DNA from: Verrucomicrobiota bacterium
Lineage (GTDB): Bacteria; Verrucomicrobiota; Verrucomicrobiia; Opitutales; Coraliomargaritaceae
NCBI GenBank assembly: GCA_039815375.1
Contig: JBCBZJ010000004.1
Location: 32,001-96,000, forward strand
Length of the DNA: 64,000 nt
Direction: 5' to 3'
In this document: piece after piece, positions 39,944-52,053 of the stretch
Position numbering within the stretch: the stretch's first letter is position 1
Layout of the letters: every line of letters begins with the position of its first letter
Program-made: the position numbers and the translations under genes
The notes under the pieces: model-generated
Database searches by the model: none
What the model saw: the letters and a program-made list of their open reading frames with translations, nothing else
What the model was told of the DNA's origin: nothing

Positions 39944-40672
39944 TTAAACGAAGAGCGGTGCCATTTGACGCCAGTAGTGGCCGCGATGCGCACGATCCCA
40001 CCAATACTGAAGACGATGACTCACACCTTTGTCGTCCAGGATACGGCTGAGATACTCGTTGTTTCCGCGAAAGGGGTCCTCTTCACCGATCACGAAAGTG
40101 ATATCCATGTTACGCAGATGACTTAAGCGGTCAGGGCATTCCAGGTTGGGGAGAAAGTGAGTCGGTGTATTATAGTAGACCGAGTCATCGTAATAGGAAT
40201 CAAGCAGGTCGCCGAAATACTCCACCGGCGTGGTCAAGTCATAGCGCCCGGAAAAGGCGACGAGTTTCTTGAATATATGCGGGTGACGAAAAGCAATGTT
40301 GGCTGCGTGGAATGCCCCCAGACTGCAGCCGTGTGAAATCACACACTCGTGAGCATTTTTCTCATGCATGAGGGGGATGACTTCCTCGAGTATGTAGGAC
40401 TCATATTTCTGGTGGCGTTCGATACGCCCACTAGGGTGCGCCCACCAGCAATAGAAACTCTCTTCATCGATACTATCGATGCAATAGAGCTGAAGCTGCC
40501 CAGCCTCGAGTTTGTGACGCAAGACCTCGGTCATGCGCATGTTCTCGTATTCGTAAAAGCGACCACCCCTGGTTGGAAAAACCAGCACTTTGGCACCCGA
40601 ATTGCCGAAAATAAGGAGCTCCATGTCTCGCTCGAGTCGAGGACTCCACCATTTGTGATATTCGCGATTCAT
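39944..40672 (-). CDS. Esterase family alpha/beta hydrolase
   Basis: GCSLG nucleophile elbow. Confidence 0.8.
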   Translation of the reverse strand: MNREYHKWWSPRLERDMELLIFGNSGAKVLVFPTRGGRFYEYENMRMTEVLRHKLEAGQLQLYCIDSIDEESFYCWWAHPSGRIERHQKYESYILEEVIPLMHEKNAHECVISHGCSLGAFHAANIAFRHPHIFKKLVAFSGRYDLTTPVEYFGDLLDSYYDDSVYYNTPTHFLPNLECPDRLSHLRNMDITFVIGEEDPFRGNNEYLSRILDDKGVSHRLQYWWDRAHRGHYWRQMAPLFV

Positions 40673-40851
40673 TCTGAAGTATTCAACAGGCAGAGAGTCG
40701 CAAGCAGGACACCATTCCGGTAGATGTCGTAGGACCTTCGCGTGGGTAGAGCGCAGTCCCCAGACAAGCCGCTAACCCAACCCGGCTTGCATGGACGCTT
40801 TGCCCTTGTTTTGACACACGTCGCATTTTCAACTTTTTGAGCACTCTTCGC

Positions 40852-41811
40852 TTAGAGCTTGCGAAAAAAGCCGCCCAGTTCCCGCAACAACTCTTCGGCC
40901 TCTTCCTCTTGCTCAGGATAATCATGATGCCCGGCTCGTAGCACGAAGAGTTCCTTTTCTCCGGAAACCGCATTGTGAACCGCAAATTGCCCAGGTGGCG
41001 CGACCATTGGATCGAAGAGTGCGCAGGCAAAATGAACGGGCACGCGAATACGTTTTGCAGCCGTAGCTGCATCGTGATAAGAGAGCGTAATACTTACAAT
41101 CTCCGGTTTGCGACGGTGAAAAACCTGCACCGCAGCACCGCTACCTGTGGTTTGCAGCCGAAGGCGAAGCGCGTTGTTTCCGAAGCTCGGCACATTAAAA
41201 TGCGCCCTTTTAATACGGGAATCATAAGCGAGCGCCATTGCACCAATGCCTCCACCGAAACTGATACCCAAGAGTCCCACACGCCCGGAGCAGTGAGGAA
41301 AAAGCTGCAAAGCTGCAGAAACGCCGAGCCATACGTCCTCCACGCAACCACCGTGGATATAACGGGCAGGATCCTGTATATCATGGAGCACATGCCAGAG
41401 CGGATCAGGCGAGATTCGTTCGGACTTACTACGACTGATTCCCCGTGCGGTGGGAAAAAAAAGAGCTGTGTTCGGAAACTTCAGATGATAGTCCGGCTCT
41501 TCCCGGCCACCGTAGCCATGAAGAACAACAAGGACACGCTCAACCTTGCCTTCACGCGGAATCAGACACCATCCACCAATCTTCATCTCATCCGTAGAGG
41601 TATAGTGCAGATCGCACTCATGCCAGTATGCCGAAACATCCCTGCCCTTGCTCAACTTAGCATGAGGATCCAATCGGAGGGCAGACTTGTAACGCGTCTT
41701 CCAAAAGGTATCAAAATCTTGTGGCTCTTCGGCCACGCCAACAGAAAGCAGAGCCTCCAACGAATAACCGTAGGAAGGATCAAAGGGAAAGTCATGCTCC
41801 AGCTTCAGCAT
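40852..41811 (-). CDS. Acetyl xylan esterase (CE7-like)
   Basis: P.DFD.FW, HGYGG, GISFGG, FD...PP.GQ, GH. Confidence 0.8.
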   Translation of the reverse strand: MLKLEHDFPFDPSYGYSLEALLSVGVAEEPQDFDTFWKTRYKSALRLDPHAKLSKGRDVSAYWHECDLHYTSTDEMKIGGWCLIPREGKVERVLVVLHGYGGREEPDYHLKFPNTALFFPTARGISRSKSERISPDPLWHVLHDIQDPARYIHGGCVEDVWLGVSAALQLFPHCSGRVGLLGISFGGGIGAMALAYDSRIKRAHFNVPSFGNNALRLRLQTTGSGAAVQVFHRRKPEIVSITLSYHDAATAAKRIRVPVHFACALFDPMVAPPGQFAVHNAVSGEKELFVLRAGHHDYPEQEEEAEELLRELGGFFRKL

Positions 41812-41833
41812 ATGTCATCAGTCGTAGCGAAGA

Positions 41834-43054
41834 TCAGGCCAAACTAAGCGAAACCACATTCTCAATATGTCGCGTATGCGGGAATAGATCGAAGGGAAGG
41901 ATACGTGTGATCTTATAGCCGCCCGCAATAAAGTCCTTCAAGTCGCGGGCCTGGGTAGCAGGATCGCAAGAGACGTAGACAAGGCGCTGCGGCCTGTAGG
42001 CGAGCAACTGCTGGCGGAAGCTCTCGTCACACCCCTTACGCGGCGGATCGATGACCATCGCCGTCTCTTCCGGCTGGAACTTCAGTCCGTTGAAAATAGC
42101 TTCGGCCTTCCCAATAACAAAGCGCACGTTGCTGACGTTACTGATCCTCGCATTGGCCTGTGCCCAGCGAACAGCTGGTTCACTGATTTCCACACCTGCA
42201 ACCTGTTCGAAATTCCCAGCTGTCGACAGTGCAAATAGACCCACACCACAATAGGCATCCACTAGAAAACGCGCACCCTCGGCCACCGCCTCACTAGCCA
42301 CGTGATCGACCATATCGGGGAGAATGTAGGGATTATTCTGGAAGAACTCGCCGGCTTTAAACTGGAAAGTGACCTCTCCCACCCTTTCCGAAACAATAAC
42401 CTGTGGATCGGTGATCACACCCTCAATAACGTCACGAAGGAGTAGTGTGCCACCGCGTTGACGACGCTTCTTTCCGCCGGAGCGGCGCGCCTCACTACGA
42501 ACCTCGGGCAGAACCGTGTTGATCGCTTCAGTCGCAATCGGGCACTGTTCGACATCAATAATCTGTTTGCTGCAGCCGTGCTTGAGGAACCCAATCGGCT
42601 GTGAACCATTCTTGTCCGGACGGTTATAGTGAGGCGTGATCTTGGAACGGTAATGATAAACCCGCGGCGAACCATGCACCATTTCGACCGGATGATCGAT
42701 TTCACCAATCTTCTGCATCAGTTCTTCGACGTGTTTGGTTTTCTCCACAAGTTGACGCTTGTATTCAATGTGTTGATACTGGCAGCCACCACACGTTTGA
42801 TGGAGTGAGCAATTCGGATCGATTCGATCCTCCGAGGCTTCGAGAATCTCAACCAGATCAGCCTCCGAATAATTCTGGAAATTACGAAAAACCCGTGCCC
42901 TCACCCGCTCGCCCGGAATAACGAAGGGCACCATAACAACCCACCCGTCCACGCGCGCGACGCCTACCCCGAGATTGGTCAGACTCTCTATGCGCAGGTC
43001 GAGCTCCTGATGGTATTCGAAGGGCTCGGCCAGAAAGTTTTTTGGCACTTGCAT
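41834..43054 (-). CDS. rlmD: 23S rRNA m5U methyltransferase (TRAM + SAM), RlmD-like
   Basis: TRAM domain, C..CGGC FeS motif, FFQNN, DPPRKG, YVSCDP, DLFPHT.H.E. Confidence 0.8.
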   Translation of the reverse strand: MQVPKNFLAEPFEYHQELDLRIESLTNLGVGVARVDGWVVMVPFVIPGERVRARVFRNFQNYSEADLVEILEASEDRIDPNCSLHQTCGGCQYQHIEYKRQLVEKTKHVEELMQKIGEIDHPVEMVHGSPRVYHYRSKITPHYNRPDKNGSQPIGFLKHGCSKQIIDVEQCPIATEAINTVLPEVRSEARRSGGKKRRQRGGTLLLRDVIEGVITDPQVIVSERVGEVTFQFKAGEFFQNNPYILPDMVDHVASEAVAEGARFLVDAYCGVGLFALSTAGNFEQVAGVEISEPAVRWAQANARISNVSNVRFVIGKAEAIFNGLKFQPEETAMVIDPPRKGCDESFRQQLLAYRPQRLVYVSCDPATQARDLKDFIAGGYKITRILPFDLFPHTRHIENVVSLSLA

Positions 43055-43110
43055 CGGTATGGCCTCCTGTATGGAACTCCTTCCTGCAATCCAAAAGTGC
43101 GCGAAACCGG

Positions 43111-43914
43111 ATGATCGAACCCTACATCAAGAGCCGCCAGAACGAGCAAATCAAGAATCTAGTCAAGCTGCGCGAACGTAAACATCGCGACCGGCAGGAA
43201 CGCTTTCTCGTAGAAGGACTACGAGAAACCGGTCACGCGCTGGGCGCCGGCTTTGAGGTCGAACAGCTCTATTTCTGCCCTGAGTTTTTCCCCTCCGGAG
43301 AACATCGCGAGTTCATCGATGAGCTCCGCCGCCAAGGTAGGATTCCACTTGCCCGACTCAGCGAAGAGGCTTTCGAAAAGGCCAGCCACCGCGAAGGGCC
43401 TGACGGTATTCTTGCCCTTGCCCAGCAACAGGGCAACTCGCTGTCGGACCTCAAGCTAAACCAGACGCCGCTGCTCCTTGTCGTCGAGGGCATCGAGAAA
43501 CCGGGCAATCTTGGCGCACTCTTGCGAAGTGCCGATGGTGCCGGTGTGGACGCGGTGATCCTGCTCGATTGCGTGCTCGACCTCTACAACCCAAATGCAA
43601 TTCGCTCATCGCAGGGCCTTGTTTTTGCCTTACCGATTGTAAGCTGCCAGCGCGGGAAACTTCACGAATGGATTCTCGAAAAAGGAATCTCTTCCTGCGC
43701 AACGACACCGGATACCGAAACGATGCATTGGGATGTCGACTTTCGGAAGCCGACCGCACTGCTACTGGGCAGTGAAAGCGATGGACTGAGCGACTACTGG
43801 CTCAAGCACGCCGAAAATCAGATCCATATCCCGATGTGCGGCCGGGCGGATTCTCTGAACGTGGCCGCGGCAGCAGCAGTCTGTCTCTACGAAGCGAGGC
43901 GACAACGAAGTTAG
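43111..43914 (+). CDS. TrmH/SpoU RNA methyltransferase
   Basis: PGNLGALLRS, GSE..GL, IPM.G..DSLNV. Confidence 0.9.
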   Translation: MIEPYIKSRQNEQIKNLVKLRERKHRDRQERFLVEGLRETGHALGAGFEVEQLYFCPEFFPSGEHREFIDELRRQGRIPLARLSEEAFEKASHREGPDGILALAQQQGNSLSDLKLNQTPLLLVVEGIEKPGNLGALLRSADGAGVDAVILLDCVLDLYNPNAIRSSQGLVFALPIVSCQRGKLHEWILEKGISSCATTPDTETMHWDVDFRKPTALLLGSESDGLSDYWLKHAENQIHIPMCGRADSLNVAAAAAVCLYEARRQRS

Positions 43915-45248
43915 GCCCCAAGGCTGGGATCTTTTCGCACCACATCAAGAATCACTTCGCGCAGACTCTTCAGCGTGACGGGTTTTGGCAAAAAGTAGTT
44001 CATACCCGCCTTCTTGAACTTACTTTCATCCGAAAGCGTGCTGAAGGCAGTCACGGCAACGATCGGCACTGTGGTCCCGAACTCGCCGACCTCACCATTT
44101 CTCAATGCACGCGAGGCACTGATTCCATCCATGATCGGCATGTCGATATCCATCAAAATCATGTCATAGGACGTGGACTGGCTGACGTAATCAAGCAGCT
44201 CCTGGCCGTTCGTCGCGAAATGCGCCTCCTGCCCCATCAGTTCCAGAACGGCTGCCATCAAGCTGCGTGCCAGAGGATCGTCCTCGGCTACGAGAATCGA
44301 GAGTTGGAAAGGCAATTCCTTCACCGCCTTCGCGGGTGCGCTCTTCGTCTCCAGGGAAAGCCCTCCAATCGGCAACTTGGCCGATGGCGATGCCTGCATC
44401 TGCTTCATTTCGAAGGAAATCTTCGTATCCACTCCACCGTGTTCCATCGGTTGCGAATCCATCACTCCATTGTATCGCTCCAGAAGCATGTTCGAAACAG
44501 CCCAGTAGAGATACTCCATTTTGATGCGTGAATGATTTTCACCCGTTGTGAGGCCGTCAGCAGTTTGTATTTTCTGCCAACGATCATCCGAATATTGTTC
44601 GAGCGGGTTCTGGATTTGAATGTGAATCCTGCCACTCATGCTTTTCCAAGCCAAGGTAAACACCTGTTGTTCGTTTGGCAGCTCAGTCAGTGAGATGCAC
44701 TCAAGCGAACCGAGGACGGCATTCTCAACGATATTCTTCAGGTGGTCGTAATCGCCGCGGAGACGTAGCGTCTTGTCCTGATGCTCAAGTTGTATACGAA
44801 CACCCCGCAATTGAGCCCGGAAATCTAAATTCTTCTTAACCTGCTCCAAGAGTTCAAAGGGGCTGACCCATTCGCGGTATTCAGGGAGATCTTCTAATTC
44901 AGACTTGATTTTCGTATGGTTTACCAGAGTGCTTAAGACCGCCAGCATATGACGCGCACAGCCTTCAATCGCCTGTAGATCTTCGTCTTCTTTCTCTTCA
45001 TTGAGAATTTGAACGACGCCAAGAAGTCCGTTCAATGGAGTTCGAAGCTCATGAGAAAGCGTGGCAAAAAGGGCGTCCGAACCAATAATTTCTGCCTCCG
45101 CAGGGGTGGGAGGAGAAACAATTTCTACAGGCGGTTCGACTGGGGCAGAGTCAAGTTGGCTTAGCTTCTTCTTCTGCTGCAATACAATCAGCGACAGAGA
45201 CGCAATGATAACTAGGGAAAATAATAGAGCAACGAAAACCACCAACAC
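43911..45248 (-). CDS. Hybrid HisKA + degenerate HATPase + receiver protein
   Basis: SHELRTPLNG; receiver motifs AEDD, MDIDMP.MDG, VTA, KP. Confidence 0.8.
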   Translation of the reverse strand: MLVVFVALLFSLVIIASLSLIVLQQKKKLSQLDSAPVEPPVEIVSPPTPAEAEIIGSDALFATLSHELRTPLNGLLGVVQILNEEKEDEDLQAIEGCARHMLAVLSTLVNHTKIKSELEDLPEYREWVSPFELLEQVKKNLDFRAQLRGVRIQLEHQDKTLRLRGDYDHLKNIVENAVLGSLECISLTELPNEQQVFTLAWKSMSGRIHIQIQNPLEQYSDDRWQKIQTADGLTTGENHSRIKMEYLYWAVSNMLLERYNGVMDSQPMEHGGVDTKISFEMKQMQASPSAKLPIGGLSLETKSAPAKAVKELPFQLSILVAEDDPLARSLMAAVLELMGQEAHFATNGQELLDYVSQSTSYDMILMDIDMPIMDGISASRALRNGEVGEFGTTVPIVAVTAFSTLSDESKFKKAGMNYFLPKPVTLKSLREVILDVVRKDPSLGA

Positions 45249-45302
45249 TTGAATTTAGAGTGACGAGAGCCGATTCGTCAACGATAAGCCCAGTGAAAAC
45301 CT

Positions 45303-46295
45303 CTAATAGCCTCTCGACTTCAAATCATCAATGGTCTCGCGAAGCGCATCTGCCATTTCATAGCTTGGATTAAAGCCGAATTGTTCTTTAGCCGCATTCA
45401 GATCAAAGAAGTGGTCCTTGGCCAACTCCACGGCAACAAAGCGAGTAATCGGTGGCTCACCCTCTTTCCTGAAACATTTCCATACCATCTCGGCCAAGGC
45501 ACCCGCTGTATAGGCAAGAGGCAGGGGAATTTTTTTTGTTAATGGTGGCTGGCCAAGTCCTTCGAGAACGTGATTCAACCATGGCCAGATCTCGACGGGC
45601 TCACCTTGCGAAATGAAGTAGGCGCTTCCCGCACCGCGTCCTGTTGCAAGCGCATCGAAAGCTTTAATGTGTGCGGTGGCGACGTCCTTGACAAAGGAGA
45701 CATCGACACGGTTAGAACCATCACCGACTATCTTCAAGCGGCCTGCTTTGACACTTTCCACCACACGAGGCAGCAAATGTGGATCACCGGGGCCAAAAAT
45801 AAGGTGCGGCCTCAGGGCAACAACCTTCAGCTGCTCCGAGTTTGCCGACAAGGCCTCCTGTTCTGCGATCGCCTTGGTGTGGGCATAATGACAGAGCCAA
45901 TCTTTGCCATAGGGCAGTTCGTTGCCTTGCCCGGTGAACGACTGCCGATTGAAGACCACACTGGGGGTGCTGGTATAAACGAGCCGGCCTACTTCATGCG
46001 CTCTACATGCTTCAACCACATTTCTCGTGCCGATGACATTGGCCTGGTGGTAACTCTCCCATGAACCCCATACTCCAGCTTTGGCTGCAATATGAAACAC
46101 CGCGTCAACTCCGGCCACGGCATCATTTAAAGCCCCGGCTTCAGCAAGGTCGCCACAACGCACGTCGACGCCCTTCTCTTTCAAAGCAGGCTGCGGAGAA
46201 CGGCCGAAACTTCGAACCTTATAACCTTCTTTCAAAAGCAGGTCGACGACATAGCCTCCGACAAAACCACCACCACCTGTAACCAAAATCTGCAT
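45303..46295 (-). CDS. oleD: 3-beta-HSD-like reductase, probable OleD
   Basis: TGGGGFVG, AAKAGVWG, TSTPSV, YAHTK, RPHLI; directly follows oleC. Confidence 0.75.
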   Translation of the reverse strand: MQILVTGGGGFVGGYVVDLLLKEGYKVRSFGRSPQPALKEKGVDVRCGDLAEAGALNDAVAGVDAVFHIAAKAGVWGSWESYHQANVIGTRNVVEACRAHEVGRLVYTSTPSVVFNRQSFTGQGNELPYGKDWLCHYAHTKAIAEQEALSANSEQLKVVALRPHLIFGPGDPHLLPRVVESVKAGRLKIVGDGSNRVDVSFVKDVATAHIKAFDALATGRGAGSAYFISQGEPVEIWPWLNHVLEGLGQPPLTKKIPLPLAYTAGALAEMVWKCFRKEGEPPITRFVAVELAKDHFFDLNAAKEQFGFNPSYEMADALRETIDDLKSRGY

Positions 46296-46305
46296 ACGCT
46301 TACCG

Positions 46306-47925
46306 CTATTTGCCGTGATACTTTTTCGCAAGTGACAAGCGATGGATCTTGGCGTTGTGCCGGACGTCGACAGGAAAAGCTCTTTCAAAAAAGAAGCGGT
46401 CGATGGCTTCCGTAATTGGGTTGGCCTTTGCAAGTTTTCCAAGCTCGAGCCGCAAGGCTTCTTCCGCTCCGCTGCCAACCGGATAAGAAGAACTCTCCGG
46501 CTCAATAACAATCGCTGGAGTTCCGCCGCCGACATCGATCAATGCGGAACGATACACGCTCGGGTGCATGTTGAAAATTGCCTCGCAACAATCAGTGTAG
46601 AGAGGCCCACGCAGCGTCATAACCCGTTCGGCGATACGACCGCAGAACCAGATGCGGCCGGATGCATCCAACTTACCCAGATCACCCATGCGATGCCAAT
46701 GTGAGCCTTCGCCCGTGATTTTAGATTTCGCATCAGCCTCGGACAGCTGATCATAGCCTTTCGTCACAGACGGTCCATTGACAATCAACTCGCCAATTTC
46801 TCCCACCGGCAAAGCTTCGATCTCATCGATTGATCCAACCGGGCCATCAACTGCCCTAACAACGCGAACTTCAACGCCGGGCAGAGGCTTACCCACACAA
46901 GTGCCTTCACCATTCTCCGTCTGGGCAGCGGTCTCCTCCAAGACCTCGGTCGCTGTTGTTGAGCTGACCGGTAGCGCCTCAGTAGCACCATAGGGAGTAT
47001 GGATCTCCCCATTGGGAATGATCGACTGCATCTCTGCCATCAAGGCAGGCGGCACGGGCGCGCCGGCCATGAGAATTCGACGGATCGTTGGCAGGGTGAT
47101 TTCATTCGCTCCGCAGTAGCGCGCAATCTTGGTCCAAAGCGCGGGGGAGCCGAAGCTGTTGGTCACCCCGTTCTGCTGGATAGCGCGGACAATTTTCTCG
47201 GGATCAACCGTCGCCGGACGGCTTGGATTCATTTCAGGCACTACGGTGCACATGCCCAGTGCAGGATTGAATAAGGCAAAAACCGGCAGCATCGGCAGGT
47301 CCGTTTCACCGGGCTCGATTCCATACTGGTCGCGGATTGCATTTACCTGGGCAAGGAACATCCCGTGCTCGTAGAGCACGCCCTTCGCTGGACCTGTAGA
47401 ACCAGAAGTAAAGAGTATCGCGGCAAGCTCATCCGCAGCAGAATCCACCACAGAAAATCCACCAGCACCTGCCTGGACTCTAAGTTTCTTTTCGAAGTTC
47501 TTGCTGATTAGGACTTTGACGGAGACCCCCTTGAAACTGGGCCTGAAGATACGTGCGATCCAGATTGCAGCCGGAATGCCTACAACCGCTTCCGGCCTAG
47601 AATGCCGCACACAGCGAAGGAAACGATTCAGCCCCATGCCGGGATCAATCACAATTGGAACGGCCCCTATCTTAAAAAGTGCAAACACCACCCGGATCAA
47701 GTCGAGTCCCGGCTTCACCATAAGTAGAACGCGCGTGCCCCTCGAAATGCCCTGATGATTGAAATGGTGCGCAGCAGCCGATGCATCCGCCTCGAGCTCC
47801 GAAAAGCTGCGCGAGACGTAGTCGATAGAACCATCTGGAAGCCTACCGACAGGTGCACGCACGGCAGCTCCATTGGGTTGATGTGCTGCTTGTTCAGCTA
47901 GAAAGTGAGCGACGTTGTGAGGCAT
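46306..47925 (-). CDS. oleC: AMP-dependent ligase, probable olefin beta-lactone synthetase
   Basis: IDPGMG, FTSGSTGPAKG, TPYGATEALP, HRMGD, PVDVRHNAKI.R. Confidence 0.8.
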   Translation of the reverse strand: MPHNVAHFLAEQAAHQPNGAAVRAPVGRLPDGSIDYVSRSFSELEADASAAAHHFNHQGISRGTRVLLMVKPGLDLIRVVFALFKIGAVPIVIDPGMGLNRFLRCVRHSRPEAVVGIPAAIWIARIFRPSFKGVSVKVLISKNFEKKLRVQAGAGGFSVVDSAADELAAILFTSGSTGPAKGVLYEHGMFLAQVNAIRDQYGIEPGETDLPMLPVFALFNPALGMCTVVPEMNPSRPATVDPEKIVRAIQQNGVTNSFGSPALWTKIARYCGANEITLPTIRRILMAGAPVPPALMAEMQSIIPNGEIHTPYGATEALPVSSTTATEVLEETAAQTENGEGTCVGKPLPGVEVRVVRAVDGPVGSIDEIEALPVGEIGELIVNGPSVTKGYDQLSEADAKSKITGEGSHWHRMGDLGKLDASGRIWFCGRIAERVMTLRGPLYTDCCEAIFNMHPSVYRSALIDVGGGTPAIVIEPESSSYPVGSGAEEALRLELGKLAKANPITEAIDRFFFERAFPVDVRHNAKIHRLSLAKKYHGK

Positions 47926-48012
47926 AAAAAGGTAGGGAGGGCTGCCCACAGCCGTCCAGATTGTGAGTCAAGTTCCTCCAAGGCTTGAGAGCAAGCCTAC
48001 CGTGATCCAAAT

Positions 48013-48047
48013 AAAAAAACGGCCATCCCGTAAAGGATGGCCGTTTG
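48013..48047 (-). terminator. Terminator of amtB-glnK
   Basis: aaaaaaacggccatcc-cgtaaa-ggatggccgttt. Confidence 0.8.
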
Positions 48048-48075
48048 TTCAATCAAGAGAATTCTCTCGGTCAGG

Positions 48076-48423
<348 letters not shown>

Positions 48424-48461
48424 TTATCTAATGGTTATGTGGTTAATTGGCTGGGCAAGAC

Positions 48462-49877
48462 TTAGCGAGCAGATGCTGCGAAGTCAGGATAAGCTTCTTG
48501 GCCGTGCTCACCGATGTCGAGACCTTCAGCCTCTTCCTCAGCAGATACACGGATGCCGATTGTGAACTTCAGGATACCAAAGACGATGATCGAGAAGATG
48601 AAGGCAGCAGCACCAACGGCAGCAACACCGATGAACTGGCCGACGATGGTGTAGCCGTTATCACCTGTGTCAAAGAGAGCACAAGCGAGGATACCCCAGA
48701 TACCACAAACACCGTGAACCGAGATGGCACCGACTGGGTCGTCGATCTTGATCTTGTCGAAGAAGATAATCGAGAAAACCACGATGATACCTGCGATCAA
48801 ACCGATGATGATCGAACCACCAACAGAAACGATGTCCGCGTTGGCAGTGATACCAACCAGACCAGCAAGAATACCATTAAGAGCCATGGAAAGGTCAGGC
48901 TTCTTGAGGAAGATCCAGGAAACAGCAATAGCAGCAAGTGCACCGGCAGCTGCTGCAAGCGCAGTGGTGGTGAATACAAGACCAACGTATGTTGGGTCTG
49001 CGGAGAGAACGGAACCGCCGTTGAATCCAAACCAGCCAAGGAAAAGGAGGAAGACACCAATCGTAGCGAGTGGCATGGAGTGGCCAAGGATCGGCTTGAT
49101 CTTGCCATCAACATACTTGCCGGCACGTGGCCCAAGCAACATGACACAAGCGAGGGCAGCAAAACCACCAAACGCGTGAACAACAGCAGAACCAGCGAAG
49201 TCCTTGAAACCAGCATCGCCGTTAAGACCGCCGAGCCAGCCACCGCCCCAGTGCCAGGAACCTACAACCGGGTAGGCCACGCCAACGAGAAGGACGGAGA
49301 AAATCATGAATGAGGAGAGCTTTACACGCTCAGCGACTGCACCGGAAACAATGGTGGCCGCAGTCGCAGCAAACATAGCCTGGAAGATGAAGTCACCATA
49401 GCCTGTCATCGCAAGGCCAACACCGCCATAGCCGAAGGTGTCACCACCGTCTGCGTTCAGGTCTCCAATCATGGAGCCCCAGGCAAACCAGCCGTTGAAG
49501 TCACCAGGATAGTGTGTGTTGAAACCTGCAAGGGCGTAGGTAATAAGACCAATCGAAATGATAAACACGTTCTTGAACATAATGTTCACGGTGTTCTTCG
49601 ACTGAGTCAGGCCTGCTTCAAGCGTTGCGAAGCCGAGGTGCATGATGAAAACGAGGGCCGCTGCAATGACAGTCCACAACATGGAAGTTGTGAAGAAGTC
49701 GAAAGCATAAGCGTATTCACCCTGGTTTTCCAAGAGAGCAAGATAGTCCGCAGCAAGCTCGTCGCCAGCAGCGACGGCGGCAGCGGCATCTGCCATCGGA
49801 TCTGCCACTGCGGTCGTCGCGCTAAAAAGCGCAACTCCGCCGAGGAGCAGAGCGAGAAGGTATTTCTTAATCTTCAT
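48462..49877 (-). CDS. amtB: Ammonium transporter
   Basis: FQAMFA, SGAVAER, DFAGSAVVH, GWFGFNGGS, DDPVGAISVHG. Confidence 0.95.
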   Translation of the reverse strand: MKIKKYLLALLLGGVALFSATTAVADPMADAAAAVAAGDELAADYLALLENQGEYAYAFDFFTTSMLWTVIAAALVFIMHLGFATLEAGLTQSKNTVNIMFKNVFIISIGLITYALAGFNTHYPGDFNGWFAWGSMIGDLNADGGDTFGYGGVGLAMTGYGDFIFQAMFAATAATIVSGAVAERVKLSSFMIFSVLLVGVAYPVVGSWHWGGGWLGGLNGDAGFKDFAGSAVVHAFGGFAALACVMLLGPRAGKYVDGKIKPILGHSMPLATIGVFLLFLGWFGFNGGSVLSADPTYVGLVFTTTALAAAAGALAAIAVSWIFLKKPDLSMALNGILAGLVGITANADIVSVGGSIIIGLIAGIIVVFSIIFFDKIKIDDPVGAISVHGVCGIWGILACALFDTGDNGYTIVGQFIGVAAVGAAAFIFSIIVFGILKFTIGIRVSAEEEAEGLDIGEHGQEAYPDFAASAR

Positions 49878-49974
49878 TATATATCTAGTCAGGTTATTGC
49901 TATTTTTAGGAGTTGAGTCGGACATCGTTTTGATGACGACTGGAACGCGGTTAAATGTCGCGAGCGTGATTAGC

Positions 49975-49991
49975 AGCATCCCTTGTGCCAA
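49975..49991 (-). promoter_or_regulatory. Sigma-54 promoter of amtB-glnK
   Basis: Minus strand TTGGCAC-AAGGG-ATGCT, with GG-N10-GC spacing. Confidence 0.75.
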
Positions 49992-50155
49992 CTACTAAAT
50001 ACCACTTCCAATGAGGCACTAAAGCAAACGCTTCTGGCATGGATTTGTTCGACACTGAATCCGTTAAACTCTTCTGATAAACGACTTATGGAGTTCTGTT
50101 AAATTTAGAGTAAATTTGTGTCCAAAATTCACCACGCGAAAATACCTGCCATTGG

Positions 50156-52037
<1,882 letters not shown>

Positions 52038-52053
52038 CTTCTCACTTTTTTTA

